From assembly GCA_963770565.1 (NCBI GenBank), contig CAVYQE010000008.1:32001-96000 (forward strand): 64,000 nucleotides of DNA, read 5' to 3'. This DNA is from an uncultured Actinomycetota bacterium. GTDB lineage: Bacteria; Actinomycetota; Actinomycetes; JAFAQI01. Position numbers and translations under genes: made by a program. How positions within the stretch are numbered: the first letter of the stretch is position 1; each line of letters begins with the position of its first letter. This document shows, one piece after another, positions 55,104 through 64,000 of this stretch. A model generated the notes under the pieces. The model ran no database searches. It was not told where the DNA came from and worked only from the letters and a program-made list of their open reading frames with translations.

Positions 55104-55799
55104 ATGGCGGATCGGCGTGTGGTTGTCGGGGTGGCGCTCGGGCTGGCAGTGGTAGTGGCCGGTTGCGGCGGTGGTAGCGGCGGGTCGAGCCCACAGGCCT
55201 CGCCGCCGGCGAGCTCGGCGCCGGCCGGCACAGCCTCGAGCCAGCCGGCGGCGAGCGGCTCGAGCACGCCGGTCTCCACCCCGAGTCCGGCCGTGACGGA
55301 GCTCACAAGGGCACAGATGAAGGCCGACCTGTTGCTGCCCTCGGCGGTGCCGGCGGGTTACCAGTTGCGGATCGAGCAGGGGATCCACACCAGCAAGGTG
55401 CTCGGCTGCAACCGCACCGGGATCGCGCCGGATCGCGAGGAGGGTGTCGACTTCCAGAAAGGCTCGACCGGTGCGGAGATCGACGACATCATCCGGACGT
55501 ATCCGAGTGCCGCGGTGGCGACCAGGGCGATGCACCAGATCATCGCGTTCGCGAAGGTGTGCCACCACGCCGGGCTCTACACGCTGAAGCCGATCAGCTA
55601 TCCCTCGATCGGTGGCCTGACGATGGCCGTGTCGCTGCGCGAGGGGCTCAGCAGTCTCGGCATCACGGCCGCGACCGGTCAGCAGGTGTTCGTGCTGACC
55701 GGAGCGAGCATCGTCGAGGTCTCCGTCCTCGGGGGGAATGCCGCGCCGGCCGCGAAATCGCTCCCACTAATCCGAGCAGCCGTCGCCCGCCTGCACTAG
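55104..55799 (+). CDS. Putative lipoprotein (possible PknH/LppH-like sensor fold)
   Basis: Lipobox 'VAGC', S/P-rich linker, 'LLLPSAVP' and two further Cys. CATGAT lies 7 nt before ATG 55104. Confidence 0.65.
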   Translation: MADRRVVVGVALGLAVVVAGCGGGSGGSSPQASPPASSAPAGTASSQPAASGSSTPVSTPSPAVTELTRAQMKADLLLPSAVPAGYQLRIEQGIHTSKVLGCNRTGIAPDREEGVDFQKGSTGAEIDDIIRTYPSAAVATRAMHQIIAFAKVCHHAGLYTLKPISYPSIGGLTMAVSLREGLSSLGITAATGQQVFVLTGASIVEVSVLGGNAAPAAKSLPLIRAAVARLH

Positions 55800-55852
55800 C
55801 CCCACCGATGGGCCATGCGTGGGGCTATAGCCCCACCGATGGGCCATGCGTG
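55797..55852. repeat. 31-bp-period direct repeat generating an 18-bp perfect palindrome
   Basis: TAGCCCCACCGATGGGCCATGCGTG at 55797 and 55828; junction palindrome GTGGGGCTATAGCCCCAC at 55819-55836. Confidence 0.85.
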
Positions 55853-55855
55853 TTG

Positions 55856-56626
55856 TTAGTCCCAGCGGAAGGTGCGGGCGGCGGCCACGGCCGCAACTGC
55901 GGCCCAGACTGCGAGGGTCACCCAGTCGCGCAGCGGTGCGTTGCCACCTGAGCGCAGTACGACGCGAAGGCCGTTGCTTAGCGCGCTGATCGGCAACAGC
56001 TCGAGCACGTGCCGCAGACCGGGGGAGAAGTCGGTGAGCGGGAATGCGACGCCGCCCAGGACGAGCAGCAACAGGTAGACCAGGTTCGCCGCCGCCAAGG
56101 TGGCCTCGGCACGCAGCGTGCCGGCCATCAGCAGCCCGAGCGCGCTGAACGCCGCCGTTCCGAGCAGGAGCAACCCGACCACGGCGAGCGGGTTGCCGTG
56201 CGGCGACCACCCGGCGATCAGCCCGACCACGCACAGCAGCGCCACCTGCAGCACCTCGATGCACAGCACGCCGATCGTCTTCGCCGCGAGCAGCACCGCG
56301 CGCGGGAGGGGCGTGGTGCCGAGCCGCCGCAGGACGCCGTACCGCCGCTCGAAGCCGGTTCCGATCGCCTGGCCGGTGAACGCGGTCGACATCACGGCGA
56401 GCGCCAGCACGCCCGGCACCAGGAAGTCGATCCGCGGCTTCGGCAGGTCGGCGATCGGGGCGCTCGCGAACAGGATCAGCAGGACGGTCGGGATCACGAC
56501 CGTGAGCAACAGCTGCTCGCCGTTGCGCAGCGTCAGCCGGAGCTCCATCGCCGCCTGCGCGAGCAGCTGCCGGCCGCGGGGCGCCGCGCCCGGGGCCGGG
56601 CTGAGGTCCAGGGGTACGGCGGTCAC
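55856..56626 (-). CDS. ABC-2 type transporter permease
   Basis: 'LRNGEQLLL', 'STAFTGQAI..GFERRYG.LRRLG.TPL', C-terminal 'FRWD'. Conserved position next to sufR. Confidence 0.9.
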   Translation of the reverse strand: MTAVPLDLSPAPGAAPRGRQLLAQAAMELRLTLRNGEQLLLTVVIPTVLLILFASAPIADLPKPRIDFLVPGVLALAVMSTAFTGQAIGTGFERRYGVLRRLGTTPLPRAVLLAAKTIGVLCIEVLQVALLCVVGLIAGWSPHGNPLAVVGLLLLGTAAFSALGLLMAGTLRAEATLAAANLVYLLLLVLGGVAFPLTDFSPGLRHVLELLPISALSNGLRVVLRSGGNAPLRDWVTLAVWAAVAAVAAARTFRWD

Positions 56627-57555
56627 GGGGTGGCCGCCTTGCCGGTGAGCTCGACGAAGACGTCCTCGAGGCTGCGGGCGGCCGTCGTCAGCCGCTCGGC
56701 GATCAGGCCGCGCTGCGCGCACCAGGCGGCCACGTCCGCCGCGAGCTGCGGGGTGACCTCACCGGTGACGACGTAGTGGCCGGGATCGGGCTCGGTGACG
56801 TTGCTGCCGGCCGGCAGCACGACCAGGAGCTCGGCAATCGGGAGCCCGGCGGGTGCGTCGAACTGAAGTCGGGGGCGCTCGCCGTCGCGGCTCGTGAGGG
56901 CGGCCGGCGAGCCGGTGGCGACCACCCGGCCGGCGTCGATGATCACGACCGAGTCGGCCAACTGCTCGGCCTCGTCGATCGCATGCGTGGTCAGCACGAC
57001 CGCGACGCCGGCGTCCTTGAGCTGCTTCACCAGGGTCCAGGCGGCGTGCCGCCCCGCCACATCGAGGCCCGCGGTCGGCTCGTCCAGGAACACCGCTTCG
57101 GGGCGGCCGACGATGCAGAGGGCCAGCGAGAGCCGTTGCTGCTCCCCGCCGGAGAGCCGGCGCCAGGGGGTGTCGACGACCGCGGCCAGCCCGAGCCGCT
57201 CGAGCAAGGGAACGATCGGCAGCGGGTTCGCGTGCAGCGCGGCGTACAGGCGGAGGACCTCGCCAGCGCGCGCGGACGGGTAGACCCCGCTCGCGGTCGA
57301 GCCACCCTGCGGCATCACTCCGATCCGGGCCCGAAGGGCCGTGCCGTCGCGGGCGGGGTCGAGCCCGAGCACCCGCACGGTGCCGCCGTCGGCGACCCGA
57401 AGGCCGGCACAGATCTCGACCGTCGTGGTCTTACCCGCGCCGTTCGGGCCGAGCACCGCGGTGACCTCACCGGCCGCGGCTCGGAACGAGACGTCAGCCA
57501 CGGCGACCACGCTCGAATAGCGCTTGGCCAGGTTCGACACCTCGACCGCGGCCAC
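56623..57555 (-). CDS. ABC transporter ATP-binding protein
   Basis: 'GPNGAGKTT', 'LSGGEQQR', 'FLDEPT', 'LTTH'. GTG 57555 has TACACT 7 nt upstream. Confidence 0.92.
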   Translation of the reverse strand: MAAVEVSNLAKRYSSVVAVADVSFRAAAGEVTAVLGPNGAGKTTTVEICAGLRVADGGTVRVLGLDPARDGTALRARIGVMPQGGSTASGVYPSARAGEVLRLYAALHANPLPIVPLLERLGLAAVVDTPWRRLSGGEQQRLSLALCIVGRPEAVFLDEPTAGLDVAGRHAAWTLVKQLKDAGVAVVLTTHAIDEAEQLADSVVIIDAGRVVATGSPAALTSRDGERPRLQFDAPAGLPIAELLVVLPAGSNVTEPDPGHYVVTGEVTPQLAADVAAWCAQRGLIAERLTTAARSLEDVFVELTGKAATP

Positions 57556-57639
57556 GTCGCGAAGTGTAGGAAGCGGCCCGGTACCGGTCCGGATCCGGGC
57601 GGGTTTGGCACTGTCAGACAATTACGCAATAATGACGTT

Positions 57640-58347
57640 GTGAAAACCGCGAGCGTGGCCCCGGAGCACGGGCTCGACTCCGCGGACCGCCGGACCCGGG
57701 TGCGGGTGAGCCGCTCGCTGCTCGAGCACGGACCGTCCACGGTCGCTGAGCTCGCGGCCCGGCTCGGCCTGACGACCGCGGCGATCCGCCGTCATCTCGA
57801 CGCCGCGCTGGCCGACGGCACGATCGTCTCCCACGAGGAGCGCCCGCACGGCCCCCGTGGCCGCGGCCGCCCGGCCCGGTTGTTCAGCCTCTCCGACGCC
57901 GGTCACGCCGCCGGCCCCACGTCGTACGACGATTTCGCCGTCGATGCGCTCCGCTACCTTCGCGAGTCCGGCGGCGAGGCGGCGGTCGAGGACTTCGCCC
58001 GGCGCCGGATGGCCGCATGGGAGGCCCGGTACGCCGAGCGGATCGCGGCCCTCCCGCTCGACGAGCGGCCCGAGGCTTTGGCCCTGGCCCTGGCCGACGA
58101 CGGATACGCCTCTACCGTGCACGACACCACTCTCGGCGTCCAGGTCTGCCAGCACCACTGCCCGGTCCAGCACGTCGCCGAGGAGTTCCCGGTGTTGTGC
58201 GAGGTCGAGACCGAGGCGATCGGCCGGCTGGTCGGCCGCCACGTCCAGCGCCTCGCCACCCTCGCTCGCGGGGATGGCGTCTGCACGACTCACATCCCGC
58301 TCACCGACATCACCACCCGACCCGCGTCCGGAAGGACTGCTTCATGA
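57640..58347 (+). CDS. sufR: Fe-S cluster assembly transcriptional regulator SufR
   Basis: GTG 57640. HTH 'AIRRHL', 'RGRGRPAR', '[16 protein letters not shown]', 'VCTTHIP'. Confidence 0.9.
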   Translation: MKTASVAPEHGLDSADRRTRVRVSRSLLEHGPSTVAELAARLGLTTAAIRRHLDAALADGTIVSHEERPHGPRGRGRPARLFSLSDAGHAAGPTSYDDFAVDALRYLRESGGEAAVEDFARRRMAAWEARYAERIAALPLDERPEALALALADDGYASTVHDTTLGVQVCQHHCPVQHVAEEFPVLCEVETEAIGRLVGRHVQRLATLARGDGVCTTHIPLTDITTRPASGRTAS

Positions 58348-59756
58348 CCGACCTCGCCCGCCCAGAGCTCGAAGGTCTCGGCCGATACAAGTTCGGCTGG
58401 GCCGACTCCGACGCTGCGGGCGCAATCGCGAAGCGCGGCTTGTCCGAGGACGTCGTGCGCGAGATCTCGGCGCTGAAGGCCGAGCCGGCGTGGATGCTCG
58501 AGCAGCGGTTGAAGGGGCTGCGGCTGTTCTACAAGAAGCCGATGCCGCACTGGGGTGCCGACCTGTCCGGGATCGACTTCGACAACATCAAGTACTTCGT
58601 CCGCTCCACCGAGAAGCAGGCCACGACGTGGGACGAGCTGCCGGCCGAGATCAAGACCACCTACGACCGGCTCGGAATCCCCGAGGCCGAGAAGCAACGG
58701 CTCGTCTCGGGCGTGGCGGCACAGTACGAAAGTGAGGTTGTCTACCACCAGATTCGTGAGGATCTGGAGGCGCAGGGGGTGTTGTTCCTCGACACCGACA
58801 CCGCACTGCGGGAGCAGGAGGACTTGTTCCGCGAGTACTTCGCGTCGGCAATCCCGGCCGGTGACAACAAGTTCTCCGCGCTCAACACCGCGGTCTGGTC
58901 AGGTGGGTCGTTCATCTACGTCCCCAAGGGCGTGAAGGTCGACATCCCGCTGCAGGCGTACTTCCGGATCAACACCGAGAACATGGGCCAGTTCGAGCGG
59001 ACCCTCATCATCGCCGATGAGGGTTCCTACGTGCACTACACCGAGGGCTGCACTGCGCCCATCTACTCCTCGGACTCGCTGCACTCGGCGGTTGTCGAGA
59101 TCATCGTGAAGAAGGATGCGCGGGTCCGTTACACGACGATCCAGAACTGGTCCAACAACGTCTACAACCTGGTGACCAAGCGCGCCATCGCCCACGAGGG
59201 CGCGGTCATGGAGTGGACCGACGCGAACATCGGGTCCAAGGTGACGATGAAATACCCCGCGGTCTGGATGGTGGGGGAGTACGCCAAGGGCGAGACGCTT
59301 TCGCTGGCATTCTCGGCCGAGGGCCAGCACACCGACTCCGGCGCCAAGATGGTGCACGCCGCGCCCAACACCTCGAGCAACATCGTGAGCAAGTCGGTCG
59401 CGCAGGGCGGGGGCCGGACGTCGTACCGCGGTCTGGTCCAGATCAACAAGGGCGCGCACCACTCCAAGAGCACGGTCAAGTGCGACGCGTTGCTGATCGA
59501 CTCGATCAGCCGGTCGGATACATACCCCTACGTCGATGTCCGCGAGGACGACGTGCAGATGGGCCATGAGGCGACGGTCAGCAAGGTCAGCGCCGACCAG
59601 CTGTTCTACCTGATGAGCCGCGGCATGACCGAGGACGAGGCAATGGCGATGATCGTGCGCGGCTTCATCGAGCCGATCGCACGTGAGCTACCGATGGAGT
59701 ACGCCCTGGAGCTGAACCGCCTCATCGAGCTGCAGATGGAAGGGGCCGTCGGCTGA
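58344..59756 (+). CDS. sufB: Fe-S cluster assembly protein SufB (no intein)
   Basis: '[10 protein letters not shown]', 'PLQAYFRIN', 'EGCTAP', 'GHEATVS', 'ELPMEYALE'. Confidence 0.97.
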   Translation: MTDLARPELEGLGRYKFGWADSDAAGAIAKRGLSEDVVREISALKAEPAWMLEQRLKGLRLFYKKPMPHWGADLSGIDFDNIKYFVRSTEKQATTWDELPAEIKTTYDRLGIPEAEKQRLVSGVAAQYESEVVYHQIREDLEAQGVLFLDTDTALREQEDLFREYFASAIPAGDNKFSALNTAVWSGGSFIYVPKGVKVDIPLQAYFRINTENMGQFERTLIIADEGSYVHYTEGCTAPIYSSDSLHSAVVEIIVKKDARVRYTTIQNWSNNVYNLVTKRAIAHEGAVMEWTDANIGSKVTMKYPAVWMVGEYAKGETLSLAFSAEGQHTDSGAKMVHAAPNTSSNIVSKSVAQGGGRTSYRGLVQINKGAHHSKSTVKCDALLIDSISRSDTYPYVDVREDDVQMGHEATVSKVSADQLFYLMSRGMTEDEAMAMIVRGFIEPIARELPMEYALELNRLIELQMEGAVG

Positions 59757-60934
59757 TGAGCTCCGAACCAACCCCGGCGGTCGTCGCCGGGGAGGGCCGG
59801 TCTGGCCCCGGGTCGCCGCCGCTCGCGTCCGCGGCTGCACGCCGGACGTCGTTCGACCCGGCCGACTTCCCGACGCCAGTCGGCCGCGAAGAGGAGTGGC
59901 GGTTCACCCCGAAGCGGCGGATGACCCGGTTGTTCGAGGACGCCCCGAGCGATGCGGTCCTGAAGTGGACCTCCGACCTGCCCAGCGGCGTCGAAATGGT
60001 CGAGCTGGCGGCGGACGATCCGCTCCGCACCGCGGTTCCGGCACCTGTCGACCGGGTCGCCGCACTTGCGCATGCGAATGCGGGTGGCGCGATCGCCTTG
60101 CGGGTGCCGGCCAACACCGAGCTCGACCGGCCCGCGATCGTCGAGCTGCGCGGCACGAGCAGCGACGATGTGGTGTGGGGGCACGTCGTGGTCGAGGTCG
60201 GCGTCAACTCCAGCGCCACCGTGATCATCGACCACACCGGCAGTACGACGTACGGCGCGATGCTCTCCGTCCTCGTCGGCGATGGTGCTCGACTGACCCT
60301 GGTCAACCTGCAGGACTGGGACGACGACACCGTGCACATCGAGCAGCAGTCGGCGAGCGTCGGCCGTGATGCGACGTTCACCTCGGCAGTCGTGACGCTC
60401 GGGGGCGACCTGGTCCGCCTCACCCCGACCGTGCATTTCACCGGCCCGGGCGCGAACGCGGAGCTGCTCGGCCTGTATTTCGCCGATGCGGAGCAGCACC
60501 TCGAGCACCGGTTGTTCGTCGACCACGACCAGCCGAACTGCCGCAGTCGGGTCACCTACAAGGGCGCGCTGCAGGGTGCCCACGCCCGCACGGTCTGGAT
60601 CGGTGACGTGCTGATCCGCCGCGACGCGATCGGCACCGACACCTACGAAGAGAACCGCAACCTGCTGCTGACCGAGGGAGCCCGCGCCGACTCGGTGCCG
60701 AACCTCGAGATCGAGACCGGCGAGGTGGTCGGCGCCGGCCACGCGAGCACGACCGGGCGCTTCGACGACGAGCAGCTGTTCTACCTGATGGCGCGCGGCA
60801 TCACCGAGCACGAAGCGCGCCGCCTCGTCGTCCGAGGCTTCTTCGCCGAGGTGGTCGAACGGATGGGTGTCCCCGAGGTCCGCGACCGGCTGCTTGCCGC
60901 GGTGGACCGCGAGCTCGGCGAGGCGGTCGAGTGA
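59756..60934 (+). CDS. sufD: Fe-S cluster assembly protein SufD
   Basis: 'EEWRFTP', 'DSVPNLEI', 'GAGHAS', 'QLFYLMARG'. Confidence 0.95.
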   Translation: MSSEPTPAVVAGEGRSGPGSPPLASAAARRTSFDPADFPTPVGREEEWRFTPKRRMTRLFEDAPSDAVLKWTSDLPSGVEMVELAADDPLRTAVPAPVDRVAALAHANAGGAIALRVPANTELDRPAIVELRGTSSDDVVWGHVVVEVGVNSSATVIIDHTGSTTYGAMLSVLVGDGARLTLVNLQDWDDDTVHIEQQSASVGRDATFTSAVVTLGGDLVRLTPTVHFTGPGANAELLGLYFADAEQHLEHRLFVDHDQPNCRSRVTYKGALQGAHARTVWIGDVLIRRDAIGTDTYEENRNLLLTEGARADSVPNLEIETGEVVGAGHASTTGRFDDEQLFYLMARGITEHEARRLVVRGFFAEVVERMGVPEVRDRLLAAVDRELGEAVE

Positions 60935-61245
60935 GGGGCTTCGTCAAGGTGTGCGCCTTGTCCGACCTCGCGGACGACCAGCCGCTGCACGTCGACGTCC
61001 ACCGCACCCCGGTGTGCGTCGTCCGCACCCAGGGCGATGTCATGGCGTTGCTGGACGAGTGCTCGCACGCGGAGGTCGCACTCTCCGACGGCGACGTCGA
61101 GGCCGGCACCGTCGAGTGCTGGCTGCACGGGTCACGCTTTGACCTGCGGACCGGCAAACCCACCGGGCTGCCTGCCACTGAGGCAGTGCCGGTCTATTCC
61201 GTACGAATCGACGGCGACGACGTGTACGTCGCCGTGAAGGAGTAA
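60931..61245 (+). CDS. Rieske-type ferredoxin subunit
   Basis: 'CSH' and 'CWLHGSRFD' Rieske ligands. Confidence 0.92.
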   Translation: MRGFVKVCALSDLADDQPLHVDVHRTPVCVVRTQGDVMALLDECSHAEVALSDGDVEAGTVECWLHGSRFDLRTGKPTGLPATEAVPVYSVRIDGDDVYVAVKE

Positions 61246-61251
61246 GCACTG

Positions 61252-62013
61252 ATGGCAACGCTGGAGATCAAGGACCTGCACGTGGCGGTCAGCGCCGACG
61301 GTGACAGTGACCAGCCGCGGGAGATTCTCAGCGGCGTCAACCTCACCGTGAAGCAGGGCGAGACCCACGCGATCATGGGCCCGAACGGCTCCGGCAAGTC
61401 GACGCTCGCCTACTCGATCGCCGGACATCCGCGCTATCTCGTCACCGGGGGAACGGTCACCCTCGACGGTGCCGACGTGCTGGCGATGACGGTCGACGAG
61501 CGGGCCCGGGCCGGGCTGTTCCTCGCGATGCAATATCCGGTCGAGGTGCCCGGAGTCAGCGTCTCGAACTTCCTTCGTACGGCGGTCACCGCTATCACCG
61601 GCGAGGCGCCCAAGCTGCGCACCTGGGCGAAGGACCTCAATGCCGCCTTTGAGCAGCTCGCGATCGACCCGTCGTTCCAGCAGCGATCTGTCAACGAAGG
61701 CTTCTCCGGTGGAGAGAAGAAGCGGTTCGAGGTGCTGCAGCTCGAGCTGCTGAAGCCGAAGATCGCGGTGCTCGACGAGACCGACTCGGGGCTCGATGTC
61801 GATGCCCTGCGGGTCGTGTCAGCGGGTGTCAACCGAGTCAGGGACGCCGGCACTACCGGCACCCTGCTGATCACGCACTACACGCGGATCTTGCAGTACA
61901 TCAAGCCCGACTACGTCCATGTCTTCGTCGGCGGCCGATTCGTGGCCGAGGGCGGCCCGGAGCTCGCTGACACCCTCGAGGCCGAGGGTTATGAGAAGTG
62001 GACGCTGCCGTGA
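61252..62013 (+). CDS. sufC: Fe-S cluster assembly ATPase SufC
   Basis: 'MGPNGSGKST', 'QYPVEVPGV', 'NEGFSGGEKKR', 'DETDSGLD'. Confidence 0.97.
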   Translation: MATLEIKDLHVAVSADGDSDQPREILSGVNLTVKQGETHAIMGPNGSGKSTLAYSIAGHPRYLVTGGTVTLDGADVLAMTVDERARAGLFLAMQYPVEVPGVSVSNFLRTAVTAITGEAPKLRTWAKDLNAAFEQLAIDPSFQQRSVNEGFSGGEKKRFEVLQLELLKPKIAVLDETDSGLDVDALRVVSAGVNRVRDAGTTGTLLITHYTRILQYIKPDYVHVFVGGRFVAEGGPELADTLEAEGYEKWTLP

Positions 62014-63230
62014 CCTACGACGTTTCGTTGATCCGCAAGGACTTCCCGATCCTGCAGCGCGAAGTCCGTCCCGGCGTACCGCTGGTCTACCTCGACAGCG
62101 CGGCGACGTCCCAGAAGCCCTTGCAGGTGCTCGACGCGATGCGCGACTACTACGAGCACCACAACGCCAACGTGCACCGCGGCATCCACGCCCTCGCCGA
62201 GGAGGCGACCGCGCTCTACGAGGGTGCGCGGTCCAAGGTGGCGACCTTCATCGGGGCCGCCGACCCGCGAGAGGTGGTGTTCGCCAAGAACTCCACCGAG
62301 GCGCTCAACCTGCTCGCGCACGTGTTGCCGTTCGGGCCCGGTGATGAGGTGGTCATCACCGAGATGGAGCACCACTCCAACATCGTGCCGTGGCAGTTGG
62401 CTTGTCAGCGGACCGGCGCGACGCTTAAGTGGATCGGGCTCACCGACGACGGCCGGCTCGACCTGGCTGATCTCGACCGGGTGATCACCGAGCGCACGAA
62501 GGTGGTCGCGTTCGTGCACCAGTCCAACCTGCTCGGCACGGTCAACCCGGTCGCCGAGGTGGCGGCGCGGGCGAGAGCGGTCGGGGCGTACGTCGTCCTG
62601 GACGCTTCGCAGTCGGTGCCGCACTCGCCGGTCGACGTCGGATCGCTCGGCGTCGACGCGGTCGCCTTCACCGGTCACAAGATGTGCGGGCCGACCGGGA
62701 TCGGCGTGCTGTGGGCCCGGCTCGACCTGCTCGAGGCGCTGCCGCCGTTTCTCGGCGGCGGGGAGATGATCGACGAGGTCACAATGGCGGCGTCGACGTT
62801 TGCCCCGCCTCCGCACAAGTTCGAAGCCGGCACGCCGCCGATCGCACAGGCGGTCGGCCTCGGTGCGGCCGTCGACTACCTCAGCGAGCTCGGGATGCCG
62901 GCCGTGCACGCCCACGAGCAGGCGTTGACGGCGTACCTGCTCGAGGGGCTTGGCGCGGTGCCTGGCCTCAGGGTGATCGGCCCTCAGGACATGACCGCGC
63001 GCGGCGGTGCGGTGTCGTTCGTGCTGAACGGGATCCATCCGCACGACGTCGGGCAGTTTCTCGACGAGTACGGCGTTGCAGTACGTGTGGGTCATCACTG
63101 TGCGCGCCCGGCGTGCCTTCGGTACGGCGTTCCCGCCACGTCGCGCGCGTCGCTGTACCTCTACACCGACACCTCGGACATCGACGCCCTCATCGCCGGC
63201 CTCGAGCGAGTGCGGAGCTTCTTCGGATGA
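62010..63230 (+). CDS. sufS: Cysteine desulfurase SufS
   Basis: 'YLDSAATSQKP', 'EHHSN', 'TGHKM', 'RVGHHCA'. Confidence 0.96.
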   Translation: MTYDVSLIRKDFPILQREVRPGVPLVYLDSAATSQKPLQVLDAMRDYYEHHNANVHRGIHALAEEATALYEGARSKVATFIGAADPREVVFAKNSTEALNLLAHVLPFGPGDEVVITEMEHHSNIVPWQLACQRTGATLKWIGLTDDGRLDLADLDRVITERTKVVAFVHQSNLLGTVNPVAEVAARARAVGAYVVLDASQSVPHSPVDVGSLGVDAVAFTGHKMCGPTGIGVLWARLDLLEALPPFLGGGEMIDEVTMAASTFAPPPHKFEAGTPPIAQAVGLGAAVDYLSELGMPAVHAHEQALTAYLLEGLGAVPGLRVIGPQDMTARGGAVSFVLNGIHPHDVGQFLDEYGVAVRVGHHCARPACLRYGVPATSRASLYLYTDTSDIDALIAGLERVRSFFG

Positions 63231-63688
63231 GCGCGCCGCAGCTTCAGTCGCTCTACCAGGAGATCATCCTCGAGCACTACCGGACGCCGCTTCACAAGGG
63301 CTTGCGCGAGCCGTTCGAGGCTGAGGTCTACCACCTCAACCCGACCTGCGGCGACGAGATCACGTTGAGAGTGCACCTCGACGGCGAGTTGGTGGCCGAC
63401 GTCTCCTATGAGGGTCAGGGCTGCTCGATCTCGCAGGCGTCGGCGAGCGTGATGGCCGATCTGGTGATCGGCAAGCCGCTGGCGGATGCGCTCGACGTCC
63501 ACGACGAGTTCCTGCGGCTGATGCAGTCGAAGGGTGAGGCGACACCGGACGAGGACGTGCTCGAGGACGCCGTCGCGTTCGTGGGCGTGTCGCGATACCC
63601 GGCCCGGATCAAGTGCGCATTGCTGGCCTGGATGGCATGGAAGGACGCGGCCGCTCAGGCGGCCGCCGAGGCAGGAGGAGCCGCATGA
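63227..63688 (+). CDS. sufU: SUF system NifU-family protein SufU
   Basis: ATG 63227. 'LYQEIILEHY', 'NPTCGD', 'GCSISQAS', 'RIKCALL'. Confidence 0.95.
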   Translation: MSAPQLQSLYQEIILEHYRTPLHKGLREPFEAEVYHLNPTCGDEITLRVHLDGELVADVSYEGQGCSISQASASVMADLVIGKPLADALDVHDEFLRLMQSKGEATPDEDVLEDAVAFVGVSRYPARIKCALLAWMAWKDAAAQAAAEAGGAA

Positions 63689-64000
63689 GCGACCCGACCC
63701 CGACCCCGACCGGCTCGTCGACCGCGACGCCGACCGTCGACGACGTCTACGAGGCAATGCATGACGTGGTCGACCCGGAGCTCGGGATCAACGTCGTCGA
63801 CCTCGGCCTGGTGTACGGCGTGACCCTCGACGCCGACCACAAGGCGGTCGTGGACATGACCTTGACCTCCGCGGCGTGTCCGCTCACCGACGTGATCGAG
63901 GATCAGGCGATGGCCGCTCTCGACGGGCTGACGAACGGGCTGACCATCAACTGGGTCTGGATGCCGCCGTGGGGCCCCGACAAGATCACCGAGGAAGGTC
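63685..64000 (+). CDS. sufT: DUF59/SufT Fe-S assembly protein (runs off the window end)
   Basis: Translated by hand from ATG 63685: 'VVDPELGINVVDLGLVY..MTLTSAACPLTD..WVWMPPW'. Confidence 0.9.
   Translation, partial: MSDPTPTPTGSSTATPTVDDVYEAMHDVVDPELGINVVDLGLVYGVTLDADHKAVVDMTLTSAACPLTDVIEDQAMAALDGLTNGLTINWVWMPPWGPDKITEEG

Noticed and set aside
58344-59756. SufB intein, as in some mycobacteria
   Set aside because: The protein is normal length (470 aa) and continuous.

Overview
High-GC actinomycete chromosomal segment (Actinomycetia; gene order resembles Frankiales/Acidothermales/Streptomyces relatives, taxonomy inferred only). It is mostly core genome: DUF222-HNH, fusA2, pgsA-patA-pimA, pdxST-yebC-ruvCAB-yajC-secDF-apt-relA, two PPIases, hisS-aspS-rarA-alaS-ruvX-mltG-aroE, gap-pgk-tpiA, a BldK-type peptide ABC transporter, secG, the pentose-phosphate operon tkt-tal-pgi-zwf-opcA-pgl, ctaB/ctaA, a small accessory islet (ferritin remnant, MFS-MerR, lipoprotein), an ABC pair and the sufR-sufBD-Rieske-sufCSU-sufT operon. 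No rRNA, full tRNA or CRISPR array is visible. The best novelty candidates are: (1) an AbiEi/DUF559-like nuclease gene bracketed by two same-length palindromic elements, like a REPtron cassette; (2) two different palindromic repeats with a 31-bp period bounding a 3.5-kb islet; (3) an ABC ATPase that appears to need a non-canonical ATC start or stop readthrough; (4) a domain-shuffled FKBP plus cyclophilin pair at the ppiB locus. Clustered single-base indels in secF/apt and tal/pgi/zwf/opcA are most likely sequencing errors. All family calls come from recognising motifs by eye, with no database search.
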